Shown: positions 37,686 to 47,971 of the stretch, one piece after another
Layout of the letters: every line of letters begins with the position of its first letter
Position numbering within the stretch: the stretch's first letter is position 1
Origin: Verrucomicrobiota bacterium
GTDB lineage: Bacteria > Verrucomicrobiota > Verrucomicrobiia > Limisphaerales > SIBE01
Direction: 5' to 3'
Assembly: GCA_027623095.1 (NCBI GenBank)
Contig: JAQBVM010000003.1
Span: 1 to 55,775, forward strand
DNA: 55,775 bases
Translations under genes and position numbers: made by a program
Notes under the pieces: model-generated
The model's input: only the letters and a program-made list of their open reading frames with translations
What the model was told of the DNA's origin: nothing
Database searches by the model: none

Positions 37686-38953
37686 AAACCAAATTGCATG
37701 CGGTTCTGTTGCTGTCGATCTGGAGTCACCATGACACAGTCATTGCTCAGGAACAAAGCGGTTCCCCGGAGTCAATTCCACCATCCCAACGGCTGAATTA
37801 CCACACGGCGCCGGACTGGACAAACCCGTTGATGAAGGAACAGCATCGTTACGCGATTCCTTCTTCACTGATCCTCGATGACGGGACGGAAGTCGGCACA
37901 CCGGAAGATTGGTATCAGAAGCGGCGACCGGAGCTGGTTCGCCATTGGACAAAAATTCTCGGCAAATTGTCGCCATCGAAAGAAGACGCAAAGTGGTTCG
38001 GGGACATACGCAAAGTCGTCATTCACGATACTGAGGAGAAAGAGGGATACACGCGAATTCATCTCAGTCTTCCCATCGAAAAAGACTTCCTCCAGCCGCA
38101 TCTCTTGTTGCTTCCGAAGAATCAGGGCCTCGGGCCGTTTCCAGCGGTGATCGCCTGGACGTCTTCGACTCCTGATTATGCTCAGCCTGAAGAATGGTGG
38201 GGGCAATGGCTCGCCCAGAGAGGTTACGTGGTCCTGACCGGTTGGTCGTTTATTCGTAATTATCGAGAGGGTAGAACGCATCGCGATCAAGTGAACGAAA
38301 TGGTTTATGAACGATTCGGTCACTGGCTGCCGATGGCCAAGATGGTGCACGATGTTCAGCGCGAAGTGGAATACCTCAAAACGCTTCCGGAGGTGAATGC
38401 GAATCGGCTGGGCTTCATCGGTTTTTCGCTGAGCGCCAAGGCCGCCCTCTACGTGGCCGCATTTGCTCCAGAAATCAAAGCGACCGTTGCCGTCGATCCT
38501 CATTTGGCGATTCATGGGGACACCAATTACCAGGATCCCTGGTATCTCGACTGGAGACACAAGTTTGATTCCATTCAAACGGACGACTATCCGATTCCCG
38601 AGTTGCGCGGCACTGTCTGGAGCCTGCTCGATGCCAATCCATCGCGTCCTGGATTCGAGCGCAACCACCATGAACTGCTGGCCCTCTGTGCGCCGAATCC
38701 GTTCTTGCTGATCGGGTGCAGCATGGACAAAGTGCGCTCCACCCACTCGGACAACCTGCAAAGCTGGGGTTACTTCAACCGCGCAAAAGAAGTCTATGAC
38801 TTCCTGGGTATTCCCGATCGACTTAAGTTTACGGCAAACGTTGACGGGCATCAGGCGACCAGTCCGCGCACCGATCCGGACTGGCAACAGTTCTTCGAAC
38901 AGTGGTTGAAGAAAGCACCCCTAAATGGACTGATCCCTCGGCGATTAGACTGA
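37682..38953 (+). CDS. Secreted alpha/beta hydrolase (dienelactone hydrolase/carbohydrate esterase-like)
   Basis: PFPAVI, LAQRGYVVL, RLGFIGFSLSAK, HELLALCAPNPF, GH. Confidence 0.8.
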   Translation: MKTKLHAVLLLSIWSHHDTVIAQEQSGSPESIPPSQRLNYHTAPDWTNPLMKEQHRYAIPSSLILDDGTEVGTPEDWYQKRRPELVRHWTKILGKLSPSKEDAKWFGDIRKVVIHDTEEKEGYTRIHLSLPIEKDFLQPHLLLLPKNQGLGPFPAVIAWTSSTPDYAQPEEWWGQWLAQRGYVVLTGWSFIRNYREGRTHRDQVNEMVYERFGHWLPMAKMVHDVQREVEYLKTLPEVNANRLGFIGFSLSAKAALYVAAFAPEIKATVAVDPHLAIHGDTNYQDPWYLDWRHKFDSIQTDDYPIPELRGTVWSLLDANPSRPGFERNHHELLALCAPNPFLLIGCSMDKVRSTHSDNLQSWGYFNRAKEVYDFLGIPDRLKFTANVDGHQATSPRTDPDWQQFFEQWLKKAPLNGLIPRRLD

Positions 38954-39008
38954 GTAGGAACCTGTTGTCTTTCACTTTTCAGGCCGAATGGCCAGAAGGA
39001 TTAAATCC

Positions 39009-39137
39009 ATGAACAACCATCCAGTTTTCCATTGTCTCATCCCGTTCACACTCGCCATCGTCCTGCACGGCGTTTCAGCATGCGCGGCGAATTTGATTAC
39101 AAGGAATACCTCAGGCGAGCGTGTGGCGCGGTTCTAA
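39009..39137 (+). other. 42-aa signal-peptide-like small ORF, probable gene remnant
   Basis: MNNHPVFHCLIPFTLAIVLHGVSACA-ANL..*; an alternative frame continues EFDYKEYLRRACGAVLN*. Confidence 0.35.
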
Positions 39138-39141
39138 ACTG

Positions 39142-40809
39142 ATGGATGCATCCCTTCACTGGCTCGATTGGGCTGTTATCGTCGCCTACTTCATTCTGGT
39201 CATCGCAGTCGGCTTGTGGGCCGGTCGTCGCGTTAAGGAGACCAGAGACTACTTTCTGGGTGGTCGCAAATTCAGTGTATGGCTGATCATCGGACAAGCC
39301 TTTGGGGTAGGCACGCACGCGGAGATGCCGGTGTCACTGGCAGGCAAGGTTTACCTCTCGGGATACTCGGGCATTTGGTACCAGTGGAAAAACCTGTTCA
39401 TCACGCCGTTCTACTGGATTCTCGCTCCGCTGTTTAGGCGCTTTCGACGAACGACTATTGGTGAGGTTTACGAAGATCGTTACGGAAGTTTCATGGGGCA
39501 GGTTTACACTCTGTTCGCCCTGGCCTTCATCACCTTGAGCATGGGTGCCATGTTGAAAGGGGCGGGCAAGCTGGTTGCGGTTGCCATGGGCTCCGCCATT
39601 GATCCAAACACAGTCGTGGTGGCCATGACAATTGCCTTTGTCGGATACAGCTTCGCGGGCGGCCTGCTCTCGGTGGCCTACACCGACTTTGTACAAAGCT
39701 TTTTCATCATTGCGCTGTCCTTTTTACTGATCCCAAAGGGATTGCAGGTGATCGGCGGATTCGAGGGACTGCGTGAATCGTTGTCGCCCGAGATGCTCTC
39801 CATGGTCACGCCCGGTGACATCGGCGTGTTCACGATTCTAATGCTGACCGTCAACGGCCTGATCGGCATCGTCGCCCAGCCCCACATCCTGGCTAGCGTG
39901 GGGACGGGACACAACGAATTCAGTTGCCGAATGGGAATGGCGGCCGGCAATTTCGTGAAGCGCTTTTGTACGATCGGCTGGGCGCTCGTGGGGTTGGTGG
40001 TCGCGGCCATGCTGATTCAGCAGGGACGATCCCCTTTGGAAGATCCCGAAGACGCATTCGGTCTGGCCGCGCGCGAGTTGCTGTCGCCCGGGTTGGTCGG
40101 ATTGCTGTTAGCCAGCGTGCTGGCGGCTAATATGTCCACCGGATCGGCTTTCACTGTGGACGGCGGGGCGCTTTTCACTCAGAACCTTTACCGGCGCTAC
40201 TGGGTCAAGGACCGGTCCGACAAGCATTATCTTACGGTAGGCCGCTTTGCAGGAATCACAGTAACTGCGGCCGGCGTGGTCGTCGGCATTCTCCTCACGA
40301 ACGTGCTTCAAGCGTTCCTTTTCATTGAGAGTATCGCCGCGTTCATGGGCGTCAGCATGTTTGGGGCGATTTGCTGGCCACGCGCGAACCGGTGGGGGGC
40401 ATTCGCAAGCCTGCTCGTGTCCTGGGGTCTTTTTCTTGTGTTGACCTACCAAGAGTTCGGTGTGTTTCTGCGCTGGGAAGCAGCCAACTTCGGAATCGCC
40501 ATCGTGGCCGGTTTCCTGACATTGGTCATCGCCAGTCTGCTGACGAGTCCCGAATCTGAAGATCGGTTGTTGGCGTTTTACAAATGCCTGAACCAGCCGA
40601 CTGAATCTGACCCGAGGACGGGCGAGGAAAAACCGGTGACTGAGGCTGGCCACGAACTCCTGTTCGTCCATTTATTTGACCTGCAACTCGGCCGTGGGTT
40701 CAAGCATTTCTACCGGCGATTCCGCGTCGATCTGACCGGGCTTGCGTTCGCCTTCGGAGTGGTGGTTTTCATAATCGTCCTCGCCAAGGCGATTCTCTAT
40801 TTGCCTTGA
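39142..40809 (+). CDS. Sodium:solute symporter (SSS) family transporter
   Basis: LDWAVIVAYF, DYFLGGRKF, GGLLSVAYTDFVQ, GLLLASVLAANMST; many TM helices. Confidence 0.9.
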   Translation: MDASLHWLDWAVIVAYFILVIAVGLWAGRRVKETRDYFLGGRKFSVWLIIGQAFGVGTHAEMPVSLAGKVYLSGYSGIWYQWKNLFITPFYWILAPLFRRFRRTTIGEVYEDRYGSFMGQVYTLFALAFITLSMGAMLKGAGKLVAVAMGSAIDPNTVVVAMTIAFVGYSFAGGLLSVAYTDFVQSFFIIALSFLLIPKGLQVIGGFEGLRESLSPEMLSMVTPGDIGVFTILMLTVNGLIGIVAQPHILASVGTGHNEFSCRMGMAAGNFVKRFCTIGWALVGLVVAAMLIQQGRSPLEDPEDAFGLAARELLSPGLVGLLLASVLAANMSTGSAFTVDGGALFTQNLYRRYWVKDRSDKHYLTVGRFAGITVTAAGVVVGILLTNVLQAFLFIESIAAFMGVSMFGAICWPRANRWGAFASLLVSWGLFLVLTYQEFGVFLRWEAANFGIAIVAGFLTLVIASLLTSPESEDRLLAFYKCLNQPTESDPRTGEEKPVTEAGHELLFVHLFDLQLGRGFKHFYRRFRVDLTGLAFAFGVVVFIIVLAKAILYLP

Positions 40810-41052
40810 AACACTCATGAAGCGAACCGATGAAAGATTGCTGCTTTCGTATTTCCAGGATCGCCACTACGATTCGCGACCAAATTCCTATTGTTAAGTC
40901 GGTTTTAAACCTCGCATAAACGCCAAATTGATTCGCGTTGAAAACATTGACAGTCAAATGACATTGTCCCGCTCAATTTTCTCGCGTTGGATCTTTGAAC
41001 CTCGCCTGCGCGCAGTTCAAAGTACTCATCCACGACCGCAAGATCACCTCAC

Positions 41053-41535
41053 ATGGCGTCATCGTCGAATCATCAAAACACACAGGCCGCATCAGCAACG
41101 TACGATCTTGAAGTCAATTACCTCGACGATAAGAATGACGCTTTGCAGTTTGAACTCACCGTCAACGGTGTCATTCAAGGGCAACCGTGGAAATCGACTG
41201 GCACCAGCAAAGGCTGGGTGATTCATACGATTCGTGGCCTCAGTATCAAGACGGGTGACGAGATCACTGTATCTGCGTCTGGCGGGCCAGCGCAGATTGA
41301 CTACGTTCAGTTGAATGCCCAGCGATCAACCGCGCAGTCAACGCGCGCTATCGATCCGAAGATCCGTGTGGTGACCTGGCTGCTCATTGTGCCGCATCGG
41401 GATGACCTCGCACAGCAACATGCCGAATACCTCAGTTTTTACGCGCGCTCGAGTGCCGGCTTTATCGTCATGAGGAACGAGACATTCCACCATTCCAAGA
41501 AGGGCGCCACTTCCCGGAAAACCCTCAACCAGTAG
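41053..41535 (+). pseudogene. Fragment containing a carbohydrate-binding-module-like beta sandwich
   Basis: TYDLEVNYLDDKND..FELTVNG..LSIKTGDEITV..AQIDYVQLN; both flanks look non-homologous. Confidence 0.4.
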
Positions 41536-41571
41536 TTGGCAGAATTTGGTTTCTGAAGCTAATCTCCTGAT

Positions 41572-41763
41572 ATGAAACGCGACATCGAGATGCTGCTGCT
41601 CAAGCTCACGGACGGTGGGCGCATCCTGCGGTTGAACGATGCCCAATCGGGCCTCTGTCTGGAGAAACGCCTGAATCCCCAGGATTCCGTTTCGCGTCAG
41701 AAAGAGCGTTGGAAGCGAGTTTTTCTTGCACTGCTGGAGCGCGAGTTGGGTGCAGCCGGCTGA
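41572..41763 (+). CDS. Small hypothetical protein
   Basis: ATG-started 63-aa ORF with coding-like codon usage. Confidence 0.6.
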   Translation: MKRDIEMLLLKLTDGGRILRLNDAQSGLCLEKRLNPQDSVSRQKERWKRVFLALLERELGAAG

Positions 41764-42072
41764 CGGGATTCATTCGATCCACGGAAAATTGGAAGCGGTA
41801 TCAAGCACCCAACTCACTTCGGAAACAGCCTAGAGCGGAGGAAGGAACGATACAATCATCAGCAATCAGTCATCAAAGGGCATTTTGACGCCTCTTGCTT
41901 TTCACCGCCTTCCCCGATTCGTTCTTCGAACGTATTCGTGTACTTCGCGCAATTCGTGGTTCTCGAACCGAAAGTTCCGCTTCAGCGGCTGCCCGACCTC
42001 AATTCGTTCCCCAAGGAATAAAATGATTTCGCGTGATGGGGAACATCGAATACAGGATGGTGTTCTTCCGGC

Positions 42073-42276
42073 TCCTCCACTTGCGCCTTCGCTCAACCGA
42101 ACGTTCGTGATGGCAAGAAAGTAATCGGGTCTAGTGCCACCGGGGCTGAGATGAAGGACACGGCAAAGATCATCCGTTATTCTGCCTGCGAGCCAATTCA
42201 CATCCTCGCCAGTGTGTCCTTCAGGTCCGAATGGCCGAGATTTCGAATAAATATCGACGTATCCGTTCCACGGAGC
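42073..42276 (-). pseudogene. Remnant resembling the N-terminal restriction-endonuclease-like domain of NACHT/STAND proteins
   Basis: APWNGYVDIYSKSRP..W.....L..RPDYFLAITNVRLS..GG; recalled resemblance only. Confidence 0.35.
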
Positions 42277-42836
42277 AGCGAGGGATATAGTTCGTTTTCC
42301 CGAAGAACGTCGCTTCTCTTCCACCAGTCGACCCAACTCTGAAGTGCGTGATTCCTGGGGCAATCTCGATTCCAAAAATCGCGCGGGAAATCAGCTCAAA
42401 TCCCGCGATGTCGAGGCGGTCAAGATTGTAGTCCAGCAGTCCCGCGCTTCGAGCTCGAAGACGAGTTCCTAGGACTGGAATTACAGCGGCTGGGCGCTAT
42501 GAGCATTATTCCGTGAAAAGCATTCATGAATGTGAATTGACGGACCATTCGAATCTCGCAATGTCCGACTAAATTGCAATCGGCGCTCCAAAACGCAAGG
42601 GCTTGCGATGAAGTCGCAGCGCCAATTGTCAATGTTTGATTCTGCGATCCCATTGCCTTTTTCATAATCTGCAAGGTTGAAGCCGAGGAGGATTGAAACG
42701 TCTCCCCAGTGGGCATGGACGGTCAAACCGTCTTTGGACTTGGCGGCATCAAATTGGGAACGGCCGCTCCACCGGGAAAAGTTCATACGATTCGCGTTGT
42801 TGCCAAACTCCTTAAGCAGAGTAAAATAACCGGGTT

Positions 42837-43055
42837 ATGAGCACGCTCGAAGCGACCGTCGAAGAATTGAAAAGCCTCCCTCCCTCAAAACTGGCGGAAG
42901 CAGCGGGCTACATTCATCGGCTCGCTTCCTCGGACGGCAACGGGAGCAGGACTGCACTCGAACGCGCTTTCGGCTGTCTGACCCCGTCCGAAGCCGGCGA
43001 GATGGAACGCGCCATCGCGACCAACTGCGAGAGGATTGATGCCGGCCAGTGGTGA
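42837..43055 (+). CDS. Putative antitoxin (VapB-like)
   Basis: 72 aa, EELKSLPPSKLAEAAGYIHRL, overlaps the start of the PIN toxin. Confidence 0.75.
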   Translation: MSTLEATVEELKSLPPSKLAEAAGYIHRLASSDGNGSRTALERAFGCLTPSEAGEMERAIATNCERIDAGQW

Positions 43056-43434
43056 TGTCCTCCTCGACACCTCGGTGGTCATCCCATACTTCAAGGGCGA
43101 TCCATCTCTCCGCGCAAGCTTCCTGGCCAGTCCCACGCTCTTCCTGCCGCTGACGGTTTTGGGTGAACTCCATTGCGGCACGAACCTTTCGCAAAACCCC
43201 GCGAAACACCTGGCTCAAATCCAGAACTTCCTCGCCGCAGTGGTCGTGATTTCTCCCGGAATCGCCACGGCGGAACATTACGGACGTGTCCGGGCGCAAC
43301 TCGGCCGGGCGGGTACTCCCATCCCGGAGAACGACATCTGGATTGGCGCCCTCGCCTTGGAGCATCAACTTCCGCTTGCGGCCCGCGATATCCATTTCGA
43401 CTGGATCACCGGCTTGCAAGTCTTGAAATGGTGA
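43039..43434 (+). CDS. vapC: VapC PIN-domain toxin
   Basis: LLDTSVVI, VLGEL, GTPIPENDIWIGALA, RDIHF. Confidence 0.92.
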   Translation: MPASGDVLLDTSVVIPYFKGDPSLRASFLASPTLFLPLTVLGELHCGTNLSQNPAKHLAQIQNFLAAVVVISPGIATAEHYGRVRAQLGRAGTPIPENDIWIGALALEHQLPLAARDIHFDWITGLQVLKW

Positions 43435-43669
43435 GCAAGACCGCCAACTGATGGTCGGGACCTGACAGCGGTATTCGCCCGGCTGGCTCAAGGGCGGGAA
43501 GTCCACCCACAAGAACTTCCGGAACGGCGCTTCTGTGGCCGGTGTCCATCTGCGGTTCTGGGTGATGGTGCCGGAGGTGAACGCGGTTGAAGCTGACGCG
43601 GTTCAAGACCGAAACCGGCATGCCAGAAAAGCGAGCCCCTCGTTCACCGCAAACGCTTGCGCTCTCTGA

Positions 43670-43780
43670 GAGCCTGTCTGAGAATTCCTTCTTCTGGTAG
43701 GTGACGAGGCTCAAACTTCATCGAAAACGGCGTGACTTCAGAGCCTCCTTACATCGGCTCCTACGATTTTAGACAGGCTC
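43670..43780. mobile_element. 111-bp MITE with 10-bp TIR and TGA target duplication, carrying a REP-like hairpin
   Basis: TGA|GAGCCTGTCT...AGACAGGCTC|TGA; internal GAGGCTC...GAGCCTC. Confidence 0.75.
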
Positions 43781-43976
43781 TGATATGTCCTGCGTTGCTC
43801 TCATAGCGAGCAATGCCATCGTCAATCATCAGATCCTGTTCAAAATCCGAATCGCGTGGATGTTCACTTTGCATCTTCTTCAAGGATCACTCGACTCTGG
43901 CAACCTGTCTTTGCTGTTTGTTGTCATGATTGGGACCCGTTTAAGTGCTTTGTGGCTGGCTCGCATAGTTCACTTT

Positions 43977-45443
43977 CTAACGCACCTTCCGAATGAAGAT
44001 CTCGGTGTAGATTTCCTCATTTCCATCATGTCCATCGCCATGACCAAGGTCGGCGGCGGAACCATGCGCCTGATCTAGGTAATGCCAAATTTGAAAATCC
44101 GCTTCAGCTTCCTCCTCTGTTACCTCAAGCATCCCGCGGAAGTGCGACCGCGTTGTAGTCGATCCAGACGGTAAGTTATGTTCCGATGTGCCGAGGGCCT
44201 CGCGAATTTTTCCGCCGACGGGTGGGATTCGAAACAAGAAAGCTCGGTGGGCGCCAGCCGCATAGGCTGGGGCAGAGCCTTCAACATAATACGAACCGGC
44301 TTTGAGGCGGATGGTGTTCCCAGTTTGAAGAGAGATCGAATCGCCGGACTCAAAAACCTTGTGGTTCAATTCCCGTAAATTTAGACCACTTTCACCGGCG
44401 GGCGCAGCACCTCCGTGCACGCCATTCCCTTTCTGATCAACATAATACGCGGCTTCGAAGGCGATATTCCCGGAAGTGTGACCATCGGCGCCCGCCGGTC
44501 CCGCCGGTCCTTGGGGACCAGTAGCGCCCTGCAATCCCGTATCCCCCTGATCTCCTTTCGGTCCTTGGTCGCCAGGAATTCCCTGAAGACCTGCGGGGCC
44601 TGGATTTCCCTGAGGTCCCGTTGGACCATCTGCCCCTGCCGGACCGACAGAACCCTGCGATCCGACCGGACCTTGTGGACCAATGGCACCCGTCACTCCT
44701 GCATTCCCCTGGTCCCCTTTTGGTCCTGGTACGCCAGCGATTCCCTGCGGACCCGCAACGCCTTGATCACCCTTTGGTCCTGCCGGCCCTACAACCCCTT
44801 GAGAGCCCACAGGACCCTGCGGCCCGGCCTCTCCTTTTGGACCGACTGGCCCCAGATCACCTTGCGGCCCTGGGATTCCTTGGTCGCCTGTCACTCCCTG
44901 CGCACCCGCCAATCCCTCAGGGCCAGGTTCTCCTCGGGGTCCGGCTGTACCCTGAGGGCCGACCGATCCTTGCGAACCGGGTTCTCCCTTTGGACCTTCC
45001 GGTCCCACGGCACCGATAGTCACCGCAAACAGATCCTGCTGGCTCGTCCCATTCCCTGATCGAACGACCAGTAGAAAACTGCCGGGGTAACCTTCGATAT
45101 TCTCCGGCAGCGCCACCTCAATCTGCTGCACTCCGTTTTCGAATTCCTTTCTGTCAATCAGTTCGAGAAAATACGCGTCGAATTCCGAAACAAACAGGAT
45201 CGCCTCAGGAGTTTCCTTCTTCTTCCAGAAATTCCGCCCCGATATCAGCAGCCTGTGCTCGTTCAGATTCGGCTCAGCGCTCGTGATCACCAAGTGTTTC
45301 AGGGCCTTCAGCGCCCCTTTGTCATCGTCATCGTCTTTCTCGCCTTTGGCAGCGCGGGCCGCAGGCGCCGCAAACGCCAGACAAGCGAGCAGCCCAAGTG
45401 TGATTGTCCAACGTCGAACCTCGAATGAAGCTGTTTTGCACAT
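43977..45443 (-). CDS. Secreted collagen-like protein with N-terminal Ig/IPT-like and C-terminal beta-sandwich domains
   Basis: Signal peptide ending AARA; ~60 uninterrupted Gly-X-Y triplets; ~160-aa globular C-terminus. Confidence 0.9.
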   Translation of the reverse strand: MCKTASFEVRRWTITLGLLACLAFAAPAARAAKGEKDDDDDKGALKALKHLVITSAEPNLNEHRLLISGRNFWKKKETPEAILFVSEFDAYFLELIDRKEFENGVQQIEVALPENIEGYPGSFLLVVRSGNGTSQQDLFAVTIGAVGPEGPKGEPGSQGSVGPQGTAGPRGEPGPEGLAGAQGVTGDQGIPGPQGDLGPVGPKGEAGPQGPVGSQGVVGPAGPKGDQGVAGPQGIAGVPGPKGDQGNAGVTGAIGPQGPVGSQGSVGPAGADGPTGPQGNPGPAGLQGIPGDQGPKGDQGDTGLQGATGPQGPAGPAGADGHTSGNIAFEAAYYVDQKGNGVHGGAAPAGESGLNLRELNHKVFESGDSISLQTGNTIRLKAGSYYVEGSAPAYAAGAHRAFLFRIPPVGGKIREALGTSEHNLPSGSTTTRSHFRGMLEVTEEEAEADFQIWHYLDQAHGSAADLGHGDGHDGNEEIYTEIFIRKVR

Positions 45444-45678
45444 AAAACTTGACAGTTAATTACCGTTGATCTCATCGGGTGCCGGGAGAGGGAACCCGCC
45501 ATGGATTACCCCACCGCCACCGGCCTTCTATACGCAGCGATTGGCGGAATCCTGCCGGTGCATTGACAACTTCTTCTCTCGGTGATCAAAACCTGAAGAG
45601 ATACTCATTGGATTTCTCTTTTCTGGCTTGCACAGGACAAGATCGGTTGAGTATTTAAGGAGCATCCCGGTAATTGAA

Positions 45679-46431
45679 ATGGACGCCATTTCGCAAAGAA
45701 TCGTTGGTGGAAGGTTTCGAACAACGTGCTGGCAGGCGGTTCGGTCTGCTGGGGATCCTAGCGGCCCCGAACAAGGTCAGGCTTTGGAGAATCTTCTGGT
45801 TCAGTATCTCCCGGCCCTCAAAGAATTCCTGGTGGCTCGATTCAAGTTTGAGGGAGATTCTGCGGATGATCTTCTCCAAACCTTCATACTCGAGAAGATC
45901 ATAAGGAAGAGTTTGATAGCTCAAGCGAAGCGAGAACGGGGCAAGTTTCGCACGTTTTTGCTCAATGCTATCTGCAACTTCGCGATCAGCGAGATCCGCC
46001 GAACGGATGCCCAGAAACGGATTCCGGAGAAAATGCTTGTTTCGCTCGATCACGAAACAAATGGACGGGCCATCGACGTCGTCGATGCGGAAACTGCGGT
46101 AGAATTTGATTTGGCGTTCACGAGGCAGGTGTTATCGGAAGCAATCGTTCGCATGCGTCAGCATTGCGAAAAAATCAAGCGCCCTGAGATTTGGGAGGTA
46201 TTCGACGTGCGGATTTTGAAACCGGCGATGCATGGTGATGAACCGCTGCCGTATGAACAGTTGGTCGAACGATTCGGGTTTCGGTCCCCGGATCATGCTT
46301 CGAACATTCTGATTTCCGGGAAACGCATGTTTACCCGCATTCTTAAGTCGGTAGTCGGGCAATACTCCTTAACGAGCCACGAAATCGATGAAGAGCTTTG
46401 CTACTTGAAAGCGCTTCTGGAAAAGGTGTGA
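45679..46431 (+). CDS. ECF-type RNA polymerase sigma factor (FxTTxW N-terminal type)
   Basis: RFRTTCWQAV, ALENLLVQY, ADDLLQTF, RGKFRTFLL, EFDLAF, WEVF, YEQLVERFG, EIDEEL. Confidence 0.85.
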   Translation: MDAISQRIVGGRFRTTCWQAVRSAGDPSGPEQGQALENLLVQYLPALKEFLVARFKFEGDSADDLLQTFILEKIIRKSLIAQAKRERGKFRTFLLNAICNFAISEIRRTDAQKRIPEKMLVSLDHETNGRAIDVVDAETAVEFDLAFTRQVLSEAIVRMRQHCEKIKRPEIWEVFDVRILKPAMHGDEPLPYEQLVERFGFRSPDHASNILISGKRMFTRILKSVVGQYSLTSHEIDEELCYLKALLEKV

Positions 46432-46879
46432 AGTTGCGCTCATCGACGTTCGGAGGAATTCATCGCAGTCAGACCACGGAATACAAAACAATTCCTTCTT
46501 CATTCCTGTCATTCGCACCACAATGAGAAGAACTCTTTGTTTTCTGCAAAGATTCTTCAGACACCCAGTGGTAATAGCACGACCCCGCACGATCCTCAGT
46601 TCACTTGAGATACTTTGCTCACCACTCGATTCCAACTCAACGTGTCTATAACGACAGCGATAATGACAAACGAAGATTGACCACGGATTACACCGATCAC
46701 ACGGATAAGAAAAAAAGGCGATGCGTATCGGAGCTATCAGAGCCGTCCGTAGTAACTCTCCACCAAATTTTGCTTTACAGCTATCTGTGAAATCTTGGAA
46801 ATCCCTGGTTGGCCGGGTTTGATAGAGGCTCTGCCGCGCCGGGCAATCCGCGGTTTTTGTCCCTTTCTTCGTATCGCAC

Positions 46880-46958
46880 CGAAAATGGGAGGGTGAGGCT
46901 CTGCCGAACCCTGGAACTCTCCATGAGTGGGTTCGACCGGAGTCCAACCCTCCCAAAA
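46880..46958. repeat. REPIN family C hairpin inside a repeat-rich spacer (46432-47120)
   Basis: Aligns with 7231-7310. Confidence 0.8.
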
Positions 46959-47123
46959 ATAACGAGGATCGCGCAGTGAATCAGCGTTTTCATCCAACGC
47001 CGTGCTCGAAAGGGACCTGGAATTCTTTGGCAGGAATGCGAGGTTTCTCGCGTAAATAGACCTGAGCCGGGTTCACGATAACCCGACGCGGGAGGTGGGG
47101 TGTGGGAACGCGACACGCCCACC

Positions 47124-47138
47124 TGGCACGCCCGATGC
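47124..47138 (+). promoter_or_regulatory. Possible sigma-54 -24/-12 element
   Basis: TGGCACGCCCGATGC (GG-N10-GC), ~30 bp before the GTG at 47168. Confidence 0.4.
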
Positions 47139-47167
47139 GCCTCACAGCCGTAAGCTCGTGATTCAGA

Positions 47168-47668
47168 GTGAAAGAAAAACAACCGACCGATCCGCCAACC
47201 AAACCAAATGGATTGGCAAACCTGATTGACCTCAATCCGGAACCACGCGCGCTTTGGAATGCCGAAGAGCTCGGAGCCATTCTGGAACATCAGCTCGCGA
47301 CAACCGTTCTGCCCAACCTCTCGATCATTAGCCCCAAGTTAACGGACGTGTCTCCACGGACATTTCAATCTGCAAATCTAACGTTTGGCCAGGCGCTAAC
47401 AGCGTCGAATCCGCCTATTGAATTATTGAAGTTGATCAAGGATTTCTCGAAAGTTCATTGGCATTCCAAAAACAGCGGTCTTCCGAAGGAAGTTGCGATG
47501 GTTCTTTATTACGCGGCAATTGCGAGCGCGTTGTATCATGGGAACGGCCTGATCACGAAGCTTTCACTGGATTCTCTGAAAAGCGGGATGCAGTGGGTCT
47601 TGGACCAGAATTGGGTTGATGATGCGATCAAGGCTGCGGTCCGGAACGCGTTGGATCTCGTCGAATAG
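47168..47668 (+). CDS. Hypothetical helical protein, likely partner of the ECF
   Basis: WNAEELGAILEHQL, PPIELLKLIKDFSK, LPKEVAMVLYYAAIASAL, ITKLS; same strand, next gene after the ECF. Confidence 0.75.
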   Translation: MKEKQPTDPPTKPNGLANLIDLNPEPRALWNAEELGAILEHQLATTVLPNLSIISPKLTDVSPRTFQSANLTFGQALTASNPPIELLKLIKDFSKVHWHSKNSGLPKEVAMVLYYAAIASALYHGNGLITKLSLDSLKSGMQWVLDQNWVDDAIKAAVRNALDLVE

Positions 47669-47885
47669 AGCGAGGGCACGGTGAAGCGTAGGTCAATGAC
47701 TTCCGATGTATCCACTCTTTCGAGTTTCGTGGCATTTGGCCATCAGACCAGCGTTCCGTTTCCCGCACCTCCGCTAAAATCCCGTGCGGCGGGTTTTCCC
47801 CAGTATGGCTTCAAACAGGCGCACGCCGCCGCAACCTTCGTCCAGCCTCGACCTGAGCTTATACGCGACGGCGGCAGGCGGTCCC
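47660..47885 (-). mobile_element. Group II intron 3' remnant (domain V + domain VI), no RT ORF
   Basis: Minus strand GAAGCCATACTGGGGAAAACCCGCCGCACGGGATTTT (AGC triad, DV-like, 47812-47776), then purine-rich linker, long DVI and CTCTATTCGAC end at 47660. Confidence 0.75.
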
Positions 47886-47971
47886 GGCCGACTGAAGCCG
47901 GAACTACATACAGGTTCATGGAGAGGTAGGATTCCACGGTCTATGCGCAGGCGAGGGTGTTTCAGAAGTTT

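Noticed and set aside
45318-45340. KDDDDDK resembling a FLAG/enterokinase tag in the collagen-like protein
   Set aside because: No DYK and no vector context; an acidic low-complexity stretch after the signal peptide.
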